A stretch of DNA of 64,000 bases, taken from positions 235,899 through 299,898 of the forward strand of contig QPGO01000035.1 of the NCBI GenBank assembly GCA_008632985.1, given 5' to 3'. Made by a program: the position numbers and the translations under genes. The stretch's first letter is position 1, and the number at the start of each line of letters is the position of its first letter. The notes beneath the pieces were generated by a model. It saw nothing but the letters and a program-made list of their open reading frames with translations, searched no databases and was not told where the DNA came from. Shown here in pieces: positions 1-11,615 of this stretch. Origin of the DNA: Psammoneis japonica (lineage: Eukaryota).

Positions 1-3000
1 CACGATTAGCTTGCGCCACTGCCCGTTCAGCTCTTCCCTTCTCGTTGCACGTCTTTTCATGTTCGGCAGCACAGAAAAAAAAATCCCCCTGAGGTTGCTT
101 GGCAAGTTTTGGCTGTTGAGTCCAACCCGTCATGGACGTTCTGTCTTGTTCAGACCTTTGCAGGAAACTCATGGCAGGTTTGTTGAGGACCTTTTTGGCA
201 TGCTGGCACCCTCAAGAGTTTTGGGCTTGGCTTTGACCTGCGGGCAACTCTGTCACCACATTTCATGATACAGTGACCTTGCTGTGCGTTTGATTGGAGC
301 AGCAAGCTGCCTTTTCCCACAAGAACACTCTGGCAATGACAAAGGCTCAGCACAATGTGAAGATGTCTGCAGAACATGGAAGCTCCAGTCATCACATTGT
401 TCATGCACAAGTCTGCCTTGGATGTTTTTCAATGCATCCTTTCAAGGGGACACTCTGGAGAATTGTCAGTGCCTGTCTTCAACACAGAAGAAAGTGCTCT
501 GTCTGGCACTTGGATGACAGAGTTTTGGGTGTGTCTTGGTGCATCTTGAGAGGATCATTTGAGGTCCAGGATTTAGTCATGTTTTTTGGTTCATCAGATG
601 ACCATGGACTCTCACATTCTTTGACTCAGTCAAGGCACTTGCAGATTTGCTGAATTTCAAGCAACAATTTGCATCATTCAATGATTGTTGCATCATTGAT
701 CTTAAGACTGAAAGTCACTTCAGTGGCGCCAAGGCTTGGGAAGTTGTGGCAGCCTCTGTCAAAAGGAAATTTGAAGACATGCATGATGCGCACTCACCAA
801 TCCAGGATGAGCAGGGTGCAGACAAGTTTGTTGTGGTTTGGGATTTGCTGAAGAGAGCCATGAAGTTGTGAAGAGAATGTTTGTTGCATGATTCAAAAAC
901 CACCCTTCTGTCAACTGTGCACAGTTCTCCAGAAGATTGCAAGCACAAGTCCTGCAAGCATTCGAGCTTGGTTGGCAGCATTGAGAAAATGGCAAACTCC
1001 AGCCATGTGGCATTGATCAATAAAATCAAGTCTCATGTGTTCACTTCAGAGTGCCAGACAAAGTGAGCCTGTCATGGAGGCATCTCCAGCAAATGCTGGC
1101 TGCAAGCTCCCTTCCTCCACCTTCTTGCCTCACAAGCAGTCAGCAGAAACATCCTCTTTTTGCACACATTTCTGTGTGCAAGAAGCAGATGTTGCACATT
1201 TGGTGGGCCCTCTTGGCACATTCAATGAGCCAAAGGTCTGTGTCACATCTGGCTCATCTTGGATGTGGAGCACAGCTGTGCATCAAGTTGGGGCTGCAGC
1301 CTTGGTTTGTTGGTTCCCAGCAAGACTTTGGAAGAAAAAAAAAGGAACCGCGTCATCAGAGACACATCTCTGTCAATCTGAAGGGGGGGGGGGGGGCAAC
1401 TCTCTCAGCCATCAGTGCTTGGCTGAGTTTCACCTTGTTTTTGGCTCTGAGTGATGGTGCCTGTTTGATTGCTGATCTCCCTCACAACACTTTGGCCTCT
1501 TTCCCTGCCACCCTGCAGGTCTCTGTCTGACCATTGCTCCAGTTGAGGTTGTGCACTGACATTTTGCACTCTCTTGACACCACTTCCCAGCTCTGGAGGC
1601 ATCGCTTTCCCTGCCAAAAGCTGAAAAGCCCTGCTGTTTGTAAAGTGCCTTTGTCTTGCACGTGGGTCAAGGTGGCTTGACAGCTCAGCTTGGCGGAGTT
1701 GGGCACCCCTTGCATCCTCCCAACTCCTTCCTCAACCCTGCTGCTCCCCCACTTTTTGGTGCTCACCATCCCCAACCTGAGCACATGGCACCCTGTTGGG
1801 ACAGCTGGCATGAGCACCCATTTCCGTGGCCTTTTCCACCACTGTGGAATGTGCCTGAGTGGACTCCCTCCATCCGTTTTGCTTCAAAGAGCATCGGCAG
1901 CAAGAAACTTGGCCACTTGGGAACAAAGTCAAGCTCCAGATCTTCCACCTGGCTGGCAGGGCTTGAAGAGGCTGGTTGGAAGAGTGGAGAGAGCAAGAGC
2001 TCTGCCATGAGCAGTGCCATGTGCAGCTCCACTGTGAGTCTGTCCAATGGTGTGCTGAAGAGCTGACCAAAAGTCTGGAGTCACTGGTTGCGCCAATGTG
2101 TGGCACCACCAGAACAAACACATTCTCTGACTCAGGAGCAGGATGGTGGCTGAAGGCACCAAATCTGGTCTTGTCAGCAAAGAGAACTCCAGCCAAATTG
2201 CCCAAATGCATGAAGCACTTCCCCAAGACAGTTGGCAAGCACAGCTGTGGTGTCAATTTTTTCATGATTGGTCTCTTTGTTGGGGCAGATGATGTCAAGC
2301 CCGTGTGCTTTGGTTTTTTGTCTCTGTCTCCCAGGACCTGCCAGATCCTGACAAGCCAACTGCAGAACACTCTGGCCAATCATCAGCGCCAAGTCACAAA
2401 CAATGATGCAAACAAGTGCCCCAGAGTGGAGTTCTTTGCCAGAGTGACCAATCTCAGCTGCTTGTTGCATGCCACAGAGAACACATGGGCACTCTCTTTT
2501 GCACAGCTGTTCTGTGCACTCTGAATGGGTGTTGGAAAAAGATGATTGACAGACCATTTGGAAAAAAGCAGTGTGAACTTCACAGCACAGCATGGGGCTC
2601 TGCTGAAGATGCACAACATCAGCAACTTTGCTTCTTGGGCAGCCAACCTCAGACAGGCTGCTCTGACATTGGCAACAGGGTCCAGTTCTTTGAAATGACA
2701 TGCTCTGTTTGTCATGAATGAGCAAAGCACAAAGATGGTGTTTCTGTTGTGCCAAAAATGCAAGGGAGCAAACTTTGCAGGTGACACAAAAGCCAGCAAG
2801 TCCATCTAAGATGGCATTTCTCCTCAATCAAGTGCAGCTTCCAACAAAGGACTGGGCCAAAAAAAGATTTTCGAAGAGTTGGAGGAGCACATGGAACATC
2901 TTCAGAAGGCAGAAAGCTTGGGGCTTGCCTTCTCTGACATGTCCAGCCAGGCATGACTCTCAAGCAGGTGCCACAGCACCAAGCAGCCAGACAGAGGCCA

Positions 3001-5500
3001 GCCACAAATGGTTTGAAAAAGATCCCAGAACAATCACTTGAAAGAGGCACACAAAGCACTCAGTGCTCAAATGGCTGACTGCCTTCACTTTGTTGGCACA
3101 GATGGCAGACATGGCAGAGTCCATGTTTGAGATCAAGGAAGTGAGCAGCTCCATGAAGAGTGCAATGCTGAAAAGGCCAGCACCTGAAAACACAATTAAC
3201 ATGACCCCTTGTTCTGGTGGAACCTGTTGAGGAGGCGGAGATCAAGCTCCAAAGGCAATGTTGACAAGTGCACGGAACTGGCAGCTGTGCTCACTTGAGA
3301 GAACATCAGGAGGCCATGGGGAAAGAACCCCAACAGCATGCCATGCTGCCTCATGATCCTTGCACATGCAAAACATTTTTGAAAACAAGTGACACCCACT
3401 TGAGAGCATGGGACCATGGGAAGAACCCTCACAACAGTGGAAAGGATGTTGGCTCCTGATCAGTGGACTTGGCAAGAGTGGCAGTGAGACAAAAAAAGGC
3501 CAATGGCACCTGCACCACCCACTCAAGATGAAGAGGGACAATGGGGGCAACCCCATTGGCACCAACAAAATGACTGTCTTTTGATCCAAGACCATGACCA
3601 AGAACAGCCACAGCAGGAGAAGCAGCCACTGCCAGAGCTGCCAGAGAGACAGGTGCAGAGGAGGTGAGATGACCCTTGGATCCAACTCAATGTGCACAAA
3701 TGACAGACAACATGAAAAAGGTGGCAGCAGCAGCAGCAGCAGTGGTGGCAGAGCCAAGCTCTTTCTGCTGCCTCTCCTCTGCAGCTTGTGAAGTTGATGC
3801 TGCTGGCACCTCCACTCTCAGATGATGGCAACTTTGGGCAATGCATTTTGAAGGATGAGGGGCAAGAACAACCCACAAAAGTGCACAGCAAAAGGTTGCT
3901 AAAAAACATGAGTGGTGTGCACAACAAACAGCGAAACAAATGTTGCTGAAAAAGTGAGCAAATCAAGTGCTGGTTGACCAAACATGTTTGGCAGATGTGT
4001 GCACAAACACACGCACCACCAGCGTGTGAGGGCACCATTGACAATGACTGGGGCAGTTGACGTGTGGCAATTGTCAGACTTGTGCTGAGCACCGCAGTTG
4101 TTTGCACATGCACGAAACAACATGTTTGTGTGTGGTGTGTGGTGTCTGTGCATTGGCGCACAATTGCAAGCCCACAACAGAAGAAAAAAGGAGAAAGGGA
4201 GGATGATGGAGCAGAAAATCACCCTTGTTCAAGTTGCAATCATGTGCAAAATGCAACAAAATGACAGCAAAGACTGTCGTCATTGTCAAAGTGGGATGTT
4301 CAACAAGTCAATCAGGCAAAATGCAAATGAAAGTGGCTGAGCTGAGCACAAAGCAACGGATGGCTCTGCTGCTGGAAAGCTGAGGGTGCTGAGAACAGGG
4401 GAAATGAACAATCAAACAAAAAGGGGGCAATGCTGTGACAGTGGAGGTTCATGTGGAGGACATTGCCACCACCATGCAGTTGCCCACAATTTTGTGCTCT
4501 GCACAGAAATTGCGTGCAGCAATTTGTTTGGCCCTGGGCACTGGTCTGCACAGATTGCCAGATGGACAGCAGAGTGCATGCTAAGCCAGGCTGTGAGCAA
4601 TGTGAAAGTGTTGATGGGACAGGCAGGTCTGTGTGCACCAGACCACACAGACCTGGACTGGGCAACACAGGTTGCCCAAACTCAGCACACAAAATCCTGT
4701 GTGAGCCACTCACGGGGCTCTCATGGATTCTCACCCCCCAATGTGAAGCAGAGAATGTGAGCAACAATGAGAGAAAGACAACAAGTTTGTGCATTTGACT
4801 GTGGCACAGTGCACAAACTTTGACATGGTTGGCACATTGGCAGCACTCATTGTCGTCAGTGACTGCATGGCATGCTGTGTGTGAAACTCATCAATGAAAA
4901 CAGTGGGCAAAAAGATGATGTCAGCTGCCAGCCAATGGACTCTCTGCCTGCTGCAGCCGCCAGTTGGGGTGAACAAAACAGAGCTGACAAGAGCAAGATC
5001 TGACCAGGTTGTCCAGGGGGCGCTGATTGAGGCAAGCCTTTGCACCAGCGCCAAACAATTGTTGCAGCATGGCCTGACCACACCCATTTGCTGGGGGGGA
5101 AAGCCTCCCCTGGTGTGAGCACAGGTGTCATTTTTAAATGACAAACATTGGATTTGCAGAAATCATGTTGTTTGCCATGCACTGAGTTGGGTGAGAGCAC
5201 CCAGCGGGTTTTGCACGTGCCCCAGGAAGTTTGCCCCTGATGAGTCACATTGGCTGTCCACAGTCACAGCCAGCTTTGATTTGAGAGGTCCCTTTGGTGA
5301 ACCCTCGAAGACATGAAATGTGGTGTGTGTGCAATCTGTGCATTTTCACAGTGATTTTGTGATGACGAACAAAGCTCACAGCTCGCATCTCTTTTTTTTT
5401 TTGCACGTCGCTGGAAACAAGCAGCGGTTGTTCACTGGCGCCCCCGTGCACACGGCGAATCACAGACTTGCCACACCCCAGATGTCACATGCTGTGCTCT
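1..5500. repeat. Heavily decayed TpA- and CpG-depleted repeat/TE block, family not identifiable
   Basis: About a dozen TA dinucleotides in 5.5 kb (by eye), few CG and a strong TG/CA excess. Only short Tyr-free, Cys/His-rich ORFs occur, in all frames. Confidence 0.75.
2070..2320 (-). pseudogene. Decayed fragment resembling LCIB/theta-carbonic anhydrase family
   Basis: Translation HLGNLAGVLFADKTRFGAFSHHPAPESENVFVLVVPHIG resembles the LCIB-family motif LGGLxGxPFxGxTGFxAFSHH...LILxAPHxG. An adjacent frame has ICPNKETN (cf. SxCxDEIN). Confidence 0.5.
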
Positions 5501-5509
5501 AGGGCCCTG
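5500..5509. promoter_or_regulatory. TAGGGCCCT(G) palindrome variant at repeat/gene boundary
   Basis: Near copy of TAGGGCCCTA (9362, 11392) with the final TA read as TG; ~450 bp upstream of ATG 5955. Confidence 0.3.
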
Positions 5510-5954
5510 CTCTGGAGTGGCTCCACGACTGGCCAGCTGGCAGAGAGCAGATCAGCAGCTGTGTACAGTGCTGCTGCAGCTGCTGCTCTCGAGCAGCCAG
5601 AGTAGAAGGCCCTGCCGTACGGCAACTGAAAAAAATCAAAACATCATTACAGTGCGACTGTGTTTTCGGAATTTTTTGTCCGATTTCATCATATTATCAA
5701 AACCACAATCAATTCCACGTCATTCTCTAAAACACGTTATTTAGCCCTCTACTGTACGTAGTTAGTTGCCTCCCATGTTTTTCTTGAAGTTCACTTAAGC
5801 CTCATCGACGTTGCAACGAAAAACACGTCACGTTTATTTCGCAACACGACACGCAACACGCAACATGCGTCGCATCATGAAGTGCATCTTTCCGCTCACA
5901 TAACTCCAACCGACGAAGATATCCATCCTCTGCAGTTGTTTCGCGCCTATAACC

Positions 5955-7127
5955 ATGCCAGTCTCCACAAAGTCGTCGCCTTCAGTCATCTCTGTCAATG
6001 AGAATGTTGACCCTGGAACCTGCCAAGGCTGCGGGGTCCGCACACACAAGGCAAAAAACTCAAAGCCGGTCACCAATGCTCACGTCTACCAAGGAATCTG
6101 TATCAAATGCCGTCCGGACGAAGTTCCTCAGAACGTACTCGATGCACTTGACGCCTATTATACCAGGTTAAACCAGCCTGCTGCGAACGCAGACACAGAA
6201 AGTCTGAACTCGCATGCCGCCAACAAATGCAACTTTTCGCGCACTACGGTCATTACGAGTGACAACGAGATTCGCCACCCTGGAACCTGCCTGGACTGCG
6301 GTATCCGCACCCACAAGATCAAAGCGTTCAGCACAAAGCCCATCACCAATGCTCTCGCCTATAAAGGAGTTTGCATCGCATGCAACCCAGACCGCGTCCC
6401 ACAGAGCGTACGTGATGCATTCGAAGCCCGTGAAAACAAGGAAAAGAAGAAGGCAGTCGCCAACAAATCCGTGGCATCCAATCTTAAGAAGCCGATCGAA
6501 ATTGAAGATCCTGCCAGTACGGAACCCGCCAAGGGTGTAAGTTTGACTGACGATGTCAGTGATATTTCTACTGAGCTGGAAACTTCCATTGAAAACTCCG
6601 TCGAGGAGAATAGCCTTGTTTCCGAGACTACCTTCGACTCTTCCTTCGGTGCTACCGCCGCATACTGCGACGAAGCTGATCCGGTTTATGATTCCACCAA
6701 AGGCCGTCGTCGTTCGACCTCCAAGTATCTTGCTGGTGCTGCTGTGGCATCGGCTGCTGCGGCTGCTGCTCTCTTTTTCTCTCTGACGGAGCGGCGAGCA
6801 AGGGCTGGTCACTACGCAAATCTCAGACACGTGTTGCGTAAGCAATGCTCGACGTTCAGAATATGGTGTCATTTTACGGAAACGGATGCTTACTATAAGT
6901 CATTATTTTCATTTCAACTCATTCTGTTCTACTTACATATTCGTAGGAACGCGGTGCAGCTAACTACTTCAAGTAGTGATGTCCATCATGCTTTCAGTAC
7001 GACTAGACCTTCCGCCAAACTCCGCAACACTCTCCTCTCTCTACTTTTTTCTGTCAACGATCCGCACACAATAAGAAACGAATTGGTCGGTATCCACCAA
7101 TCTTTAATCCCCAAAAAGGCAAGTTGA
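5955..7127 (+). CDS. Hypothetical protein with two Cys-rich (CxxC...CxxC) Zn-binding repeats and a hydrophobic Ala-rich segment; true C-terminus may be near 6790
   Basis: Two copies of PGTCxxCGxRTHK..KPxTNAxxYxGxCIxCxPDxVPQ, then an acidic linker and YLAGAAVASAAAAAALFF. Composition is normal. Sequence after ~6790 looks like read-through of a UTR. Confidence 0.7.
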   Translation: MPVSTKSSPSVISVNENVDPGTCQGCGVRTHKAKNSKPVTNAHVYQGICIKCRPDEVPQNVLDALDAYYTRLNQPAANADTESLNSHAANKCNFSRTTVITSDNEIRHPGTCLDCGIRTHKIKAFSTKPITNALAYKGVCIACNPDRVPQSVRDAFEARENKEKKKAVANKSVASNLKKPIEIEDPASTEPAKGVSLTDDVSDISTELETSIENSVEENSLVSETTFDSSFGATAAYCDEADPVYDSTKGRRRSTSKYLAGAAVASAAAAAALFFSLTERRARAGHYANLRHVLRKQCSTFRIWCHFTETDAYYKSLFSFQLILFYLHIRRNAVQLTTSSSDVHHAFSTTRPSAKLRNTLLSLLFSVNDPHTIRNELVGIHQSLIPKKAS

Positions 7128-7277
7128 CCTTGTTCCTTGTTCTTCAATTACCAACACTTTGTGCGGATGGTACACCGTGTCACCTGCCAGGCTACCTTGT
7201 GGGGGTGGCGATCAAGAATCATTACTTCTCGTCGTTTCCGAGGCCAATGCAGTGTAAGACCTTCTTAGAAATTTATG

Positions 7278-9281
7278 TTATCCTAATGCAACACTTCTTT
7301 CAACTTCCCACACTTTTGCAATAGAATGAAACTCTCCTGCTTCCCCAAAACCGTCAATCTTTGCATCCACCGATGCCTTGTAGAATTGACGGTCAAACGA
7401 TGACCCCACCTTTGCCACGTCAACAGTTGTACCGGATATGCTACATGGCACTTGTGATTCTTCCAAATCATCAAGCAATGTTTCGTATTCCACATTCCAC
7501 AAGGGGTATTCCAAATTGAGTCCAGAATCTTGAAACGTCTTGTCTCGCCAGGCTTTGATGTGATCTAGATGCAAATCCCCAAAGACCAGCGAGGTAATCG
7601 TACTGTCCGTTCGTGGCAAGTTGGCCTGGATCACGTCCAAACCCTTTCGAATTCGACTCAGGTAGGTTTCGCCACTTCCTCGACGGAGTGGGACTCCAAG
7701 CAACGTAATGTCCAAATGTTGGGCCTGTCGCACAACGTCGTCAATGGGCACATCTTGATGTGCGATATTTCTCGATGTCGCATCAAAGGTTGTCAAGAGA
7801 ACTAGACCAAAAGGTGACTTTTTTCGGTAGGCTTGTACCAAGGCACGTATCGTCAAAAAGGAATCTTTGCCTCCACTATGAAACAATACCTTCACATTAC
7901 TGTTTAACGACAAGGAAAAGAGATCAGTGTCACTTGATTGTTGATACAGAATGGCGGGCTGTTGGATTTTCATGGCCTTGTCTCCAACGCTCTCGTGACT
8001 AAAGGGACAATGGCGGCATCCAGAACCACAACAGAAACCACGCTTCTTATGCGCGAGTTCCGTAAAGACCTTGTAACCTGTTTCTGGATCATCATAAGTC
8101 GCCTCCCCCTCAAGACAGGCTTGTTTGTGCAATTCTGCAAATCCCCCATCCGTTACAATATCTTCGACATCGCCAACACCGAGGCTAGTTTGATATAATG
8201 TGGAAGTGTCACGCACAGAAGAGGCAGTTTGCTCATTGGTCTTGATGTCTACAAGCTGAAAGCCTTCGGACGGCGGTAGTATGTTCAGCAATTCGATTGC
8301 TTTGATGACTTGTGGGTTATCATGATAGGCGCATTGCGCCAAAACGGCAACACCTTGCAGCAGAGAGGGCCCAGGTTGAGCAATGTATGAGTTTCCATCA
8401 CAGGCAAAGATTCTGGTCGTTGCTGAATTTTCTAGGAGAGGAGCAAACTTGTCCGCGTGCGCTATTGTGTCTTTTACGTTTCGTTTCAGATTAAAGCCAC
8501 AGCAGCCAACCACGATTACATCTGGCTTGGCATCATAAACTTCTTTCCACTTTATCTCTTTGGATTTGACACTTTGCCTTTTCAACTCTTTATTTGACTT
8601 GGCCGTTTCCACGCAAGCAAAATCCATCATTTGATATGTCCAGTGACCCGAATCAAAGGGTGGATCCAGCCATTCGAGTATAAAGAGTTTTGGAGGCGAC
8701 GTCAGAGAGCTTCCTCGACTTTTGAGAATCGTACTTTGTAAGCGCTCTAGTTCGCTCCACCACTTTTCTCGAAACTCAATTCCTCGTTCCGCCACACCGC
8801 ATGTTTGAGCGACTGTCACGAACGAATCGGCAACTTCTTTCAGATTGGTTGGATGCAGAGAAACAATTGTGATATCTTGATCATTGCATTGAATGATTTT
8901 CTTCACGTCTGCTGGTGTGGGAGCACAAACAGCACACAAATCTTGCGTAAAGATAACATTCGGCCTGGCCAAGTCGAACTGATCCTTGAGCAACGGATAA
9001 AAGGAGGGAATATCCTTCTCAGCAATACTGCAAGATTCAGGCAACGACGCGGACGATATTGCTTGATGGATTTCCCCTTGAGAGTCCACAGTCAAGCCGT
9101 TTTCTGTCAAGATACAAACGCTTGACATGGATTTTAGCTGCTGACATTCGTGTGTCACGCCGACAATGTTGTCCTCAAGTCCTAAAGCTACACAAATGGC
9201 TGTTGCGGATGGCAACAAACACGCGATCCGGAGATCTTTTGACGGTTCCGCTTGCATCTCTGGCATCGCTCCTTGCGGCAC
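7278..9281 (-). CDS. Three-domain fusion: BtuF/Fe-B12 periplasmic-binding-like + DUF5522-like Cys motif + Dph6-like PP-loop ATP pyrophosphatase
   Basis: Intact 667-aa ORF. N-terminal motifs IACLLPSATAI..LG..VGVTHEC, TQDLCAVCA, LEWLDPPF.SGHW and GCCGF. Middle motif YDDPETGYKVFT..HKKRGFCCGSGCRHCPF. C-terminal motifs SGGKDS, FGDLHLDHI, PLW and GEAGEFHS. Confidence 0.85.
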   Translation of the reverse strand: MPQGAMPEMQAEPSKDLRIACLLPSATAICVALGLEDNIVGVTHECQQLKSMSSVCILTENGLTVDSQGEIHQAISSASLPESCSIAEKDIPSFYPLLKDQFDLARPNVIFTQDLCAVCAPTPADVKKIIQCNDQDITIVSLHPTNLKEVADSFVTVAQTCGVAERGIEFREKWWSELERLQSTILKSRGSSLTSPPKLFILEWLDPPFDSGHWTYQMMDFACVETAKSNKELKRQSVKSKEIKWKEVYDAKPDVIVVGCCGFNLKRNVKDTIAHADKFAPLLENSATTRIFACDGNSYIAQPGPSLLQGVAVLAQCAYHDNPQVIKAIELLNILPPSEGFQLVDIKTNEQTASSVRDTSTLYQTSLGVGDVEDIVTDGGFAELHKQACLEGEATYDDPETGYKVFTELAHKKRGFCCGSGCRHCPFSHESVGDKAMKIQQPAILYQQSSDTDLFSLSLNSNVKVLFHSGGKDSFLTIRALVQAYRKKSPFGLVLLTTFDATSRNIAHQDVPIDDVVRQAQHLDITLLGVPLRRGSGETYLSRIRKGLDVIQANLPRTDSTITSLVFGDLHLDHIKAWRDKTFQDSGLNLEYPLWNVEYETLLDDLEESQVPCSISGTTVDVAKVGSSFDRQFYKASVDAKIDGFGEAGEFHSIAKVWEVERSVALG

Positions 9282-9361
9282 CTGTCTATTTTGACTGCAA
9301 TTGTACGTAACTTGAAACTCTTCGCCTGTGGGGAGACCAGCCAGCTATTTGCCGGTACAAC

Positions 9362-9371
9362 TAGGGCCCTA
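9362..9371. promoter_or_regulatory. Perfect palindrome TAGGGCCCTA, candidate promoter element
   Basis: About 80 bp upstream of the minus-strand ATG at 9281; recurs at 11392. Confidence 0.35.
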
Positions 9372-9609
9372 TGTGAAGTGTGTTGCGAGTTGCGACGGCT
9401 GCGCCATCTGCCATTCGCCATCGTCATCGTTTTCGTGAAAACCCGCCCACCAGCGCGAGCAGGGGGGAGGCACAGACCACTGCCATCTTGTTACTGCTGT
9501 GTGTGCTCTCTGCTCTCTAGCCAGTGGAGAGAGCTGCACTGCACTGCATTACATTGGGCATTGGTCTTCTCGCCTGTCGCTCCGATCTGTGCCGAAGCTT
9601 CTCTATTTC

Positions 9610-10430
9610 TACAGTGTCTCAGTTGCCCAGCATGTGTCGTGGCATTGACGAGATCAACAGCGCAAAAGGCATGACAGATTTGTCGCTGGAAACACGAAGG
9701 CTTGCAACCATCCTGACAGCCTCAGCAGAGGCAGGAGGTGCCGCCAGACTCTGAGCTTCCTTCAGATGTGCTGGGTGCCTCTCTGCTAAAACTCCTTTTG
9801 TGGGAGTTTCTTCCTTGGGGCCCCATGCAGGTTGCAGAGCAAAATCTCTGCGCACCACACTTGGCTTTGATCACCGCGCCTGTTCGGCCACTGTTCATTG
9901 CAGAGAAACTTTGAAGTGTGCATCTGCGCCATGATGAGGCACTGCTGCTTGGTGTGGCTTTTTGGTGTGGCAGCCGTGTGGGCACTGCTTTGAAGGCAAC
10001 CCTCAAGTTGGACTCTTTTTTTGTGTGTGCTGGAGCTGGAATGGAGACACATGCCTCCATCAATCTCTCCACCTTTTCAAGGTGAAAGATCATCACATGG
10101 TGAGATGATTGAGGATGGCGGTGGTTGCACAAGAACATTGTTGCCCAGAGACAAAATCCATCAACTCTTGTGTCAACACTCACACAAACATTGAGGTGCT
10201 GGGCCCCACTCCACAGGTGACATTTTGCACTTGCTTGAACCCCCCCAGGGCGCAGTCAGGTTGACCAAGTTTGGAGCATCTCTGGTTTTGCTTCCAACAA
10301 AGTCTGGAGACAGTTGATCACCATGTTCATGAGATGACTTTTTCACAGCTTGGTGCAGTCACAATGTCTGTGGACGTCTGCACCGGTGATGGCTCGACAC
10401 AAGCTCGACATCAAACCGCAGGCTCAGATG
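9610..10430. repeat. Short decayed TpA-depleted repeat fragment
   Basis: Almost no TA and TG/CA-rich, between normal-composition intergenic DNA. Confidence 0.6.
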
Positions 10431-10669
10431 CACTACCGGTGCGCCCCCATGTAGTGATCAAACACTTGATCGGCACGCGAAAGACACGCGCGACTCGTGG
10501 CAAACACGCGACCACGACACGAATCCGAACCAAACCGCCACCAAAAGCGTTCCCGTTGCGGTTTTGGCATTGCCTGCCATTTTTTCAACCTTTGCTTCCA
10601 TTGCATGACGCACAATAATTTGACACACTCCCTCGAAACGAACATACTCGTAACTCCGACACTTGTGCC

Positions 10670-11104
10670 ATGATTTATCGATTTATCTGGAGGCTTGTGG
10701 CTGTTGCGTTGACGATGCCGATCCTGCTGTCGACGAGGGTATTTGCAAAGAGAGCTTCTTCAACACCGTGGATTGGTAGCAACACTCGAGGTGGAGCATC
10801 ATCAAGCATCACCAATCAAGTCACCAAGGAGACTTGGCTTCAGAAAAGCTTTGATTTGAATTTTTCTCGTCGTCGCAAACGCCGCATTGCTTGGATCCAG
10901 CAGCGAGTGGACAATTTCTATGAGGAGATTGGCACATATCGAGAAGCAGCAGCAACAACAACAAGTTCTGGCGTTCGTCAAAAGAGACATGGCATGAATT
11001 ACACAACCGGATCCTCTTCTACGACGACAAGAGGACGTCGAGGTTTTCGACTAGAGAATGATCGCACTGTGTTTTGTGCTTCGGAGAAACGTCGGAAATT
11101 TTAA
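10670..11104 (+). CDS. Small hypothetical protein with signal-peptide-like N-terminus
   Basis: 144-aa ORF in normal-composition DNA with hydrophobic N-terminus (IWRLVAVALTMPILLS..VFA). No family recognised. Confidence 0.4.
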   Translation: MIYRFIWRLVAVALTMPILLSTRVFAKRASSTPWIGSNTRGGASSSITNQVTKETWLQKSFDLNFSRRRKRRIAWIQQRVDNFYEEIGTYREAAATTTSSGVRQKRHGMNYTTGSSSTTTRGRRGFRLENDRTVFCASEKRRKF

Positions 11105-11391
11105 AACATCATAGCATGCAAGTTGGAAAATACTCGCATCCCCTTGAGAACTATGACTCAAACATTGCCTAAAGAAGGGAGTGCAGTCATATCTCTATAG
11201 CGTTTAGTAAAGCCTAAAATTACACGAATAAGTTGCACATTGTCTCTTCACAGTCAAAACGCAACACCGACCATTTTGTCGCGTAATATGCACATTTGAA
11301 CACGAAAGATTTTCCTCCATCCTTTTACGCACAAAACTCTCGCTTTGACTTGGACGAGAGACAAACAGCGAGAAGTTCAAACCCAAGAGAG

Positions 11392-11401
11392 TAGGGCCCT
11401 A
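11392..11401. promoter_or_regulatory. Perfect palindrome TAGGGCCCTA, candidate promoter element
   Basis: About 215 bp upstream of ATG 11616. Confidence 0.35.
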
Positions 11402-11615
11402 GGCTCGCCAAATAGATGACTCATAAAATTTCGTTTTGGTTTGCGGATTGCGGAGATCCATCAAGTCTATCTAGAACATTATTTTTTAATTAAGATCTGA
11501 ATAAAAATTATGATGACGAGATCTTGGATCTTTCGGGGTGTGTCGTTATGCGAGTTTCAAGTTGCAAGTTGCTCGCAATCGTATCTATCTTCTCCTTCCA
11601 TTGGAACTGTCAACC

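Noticed and set aside
11..5502. Dozens of 60-220-aa ORFs in the first block (and similar ORFs in other depleted blocks)
   Set aside because: They are by-products of stop-codon depletion: Tyr-free, overlapping in all frames and without coherent domains.
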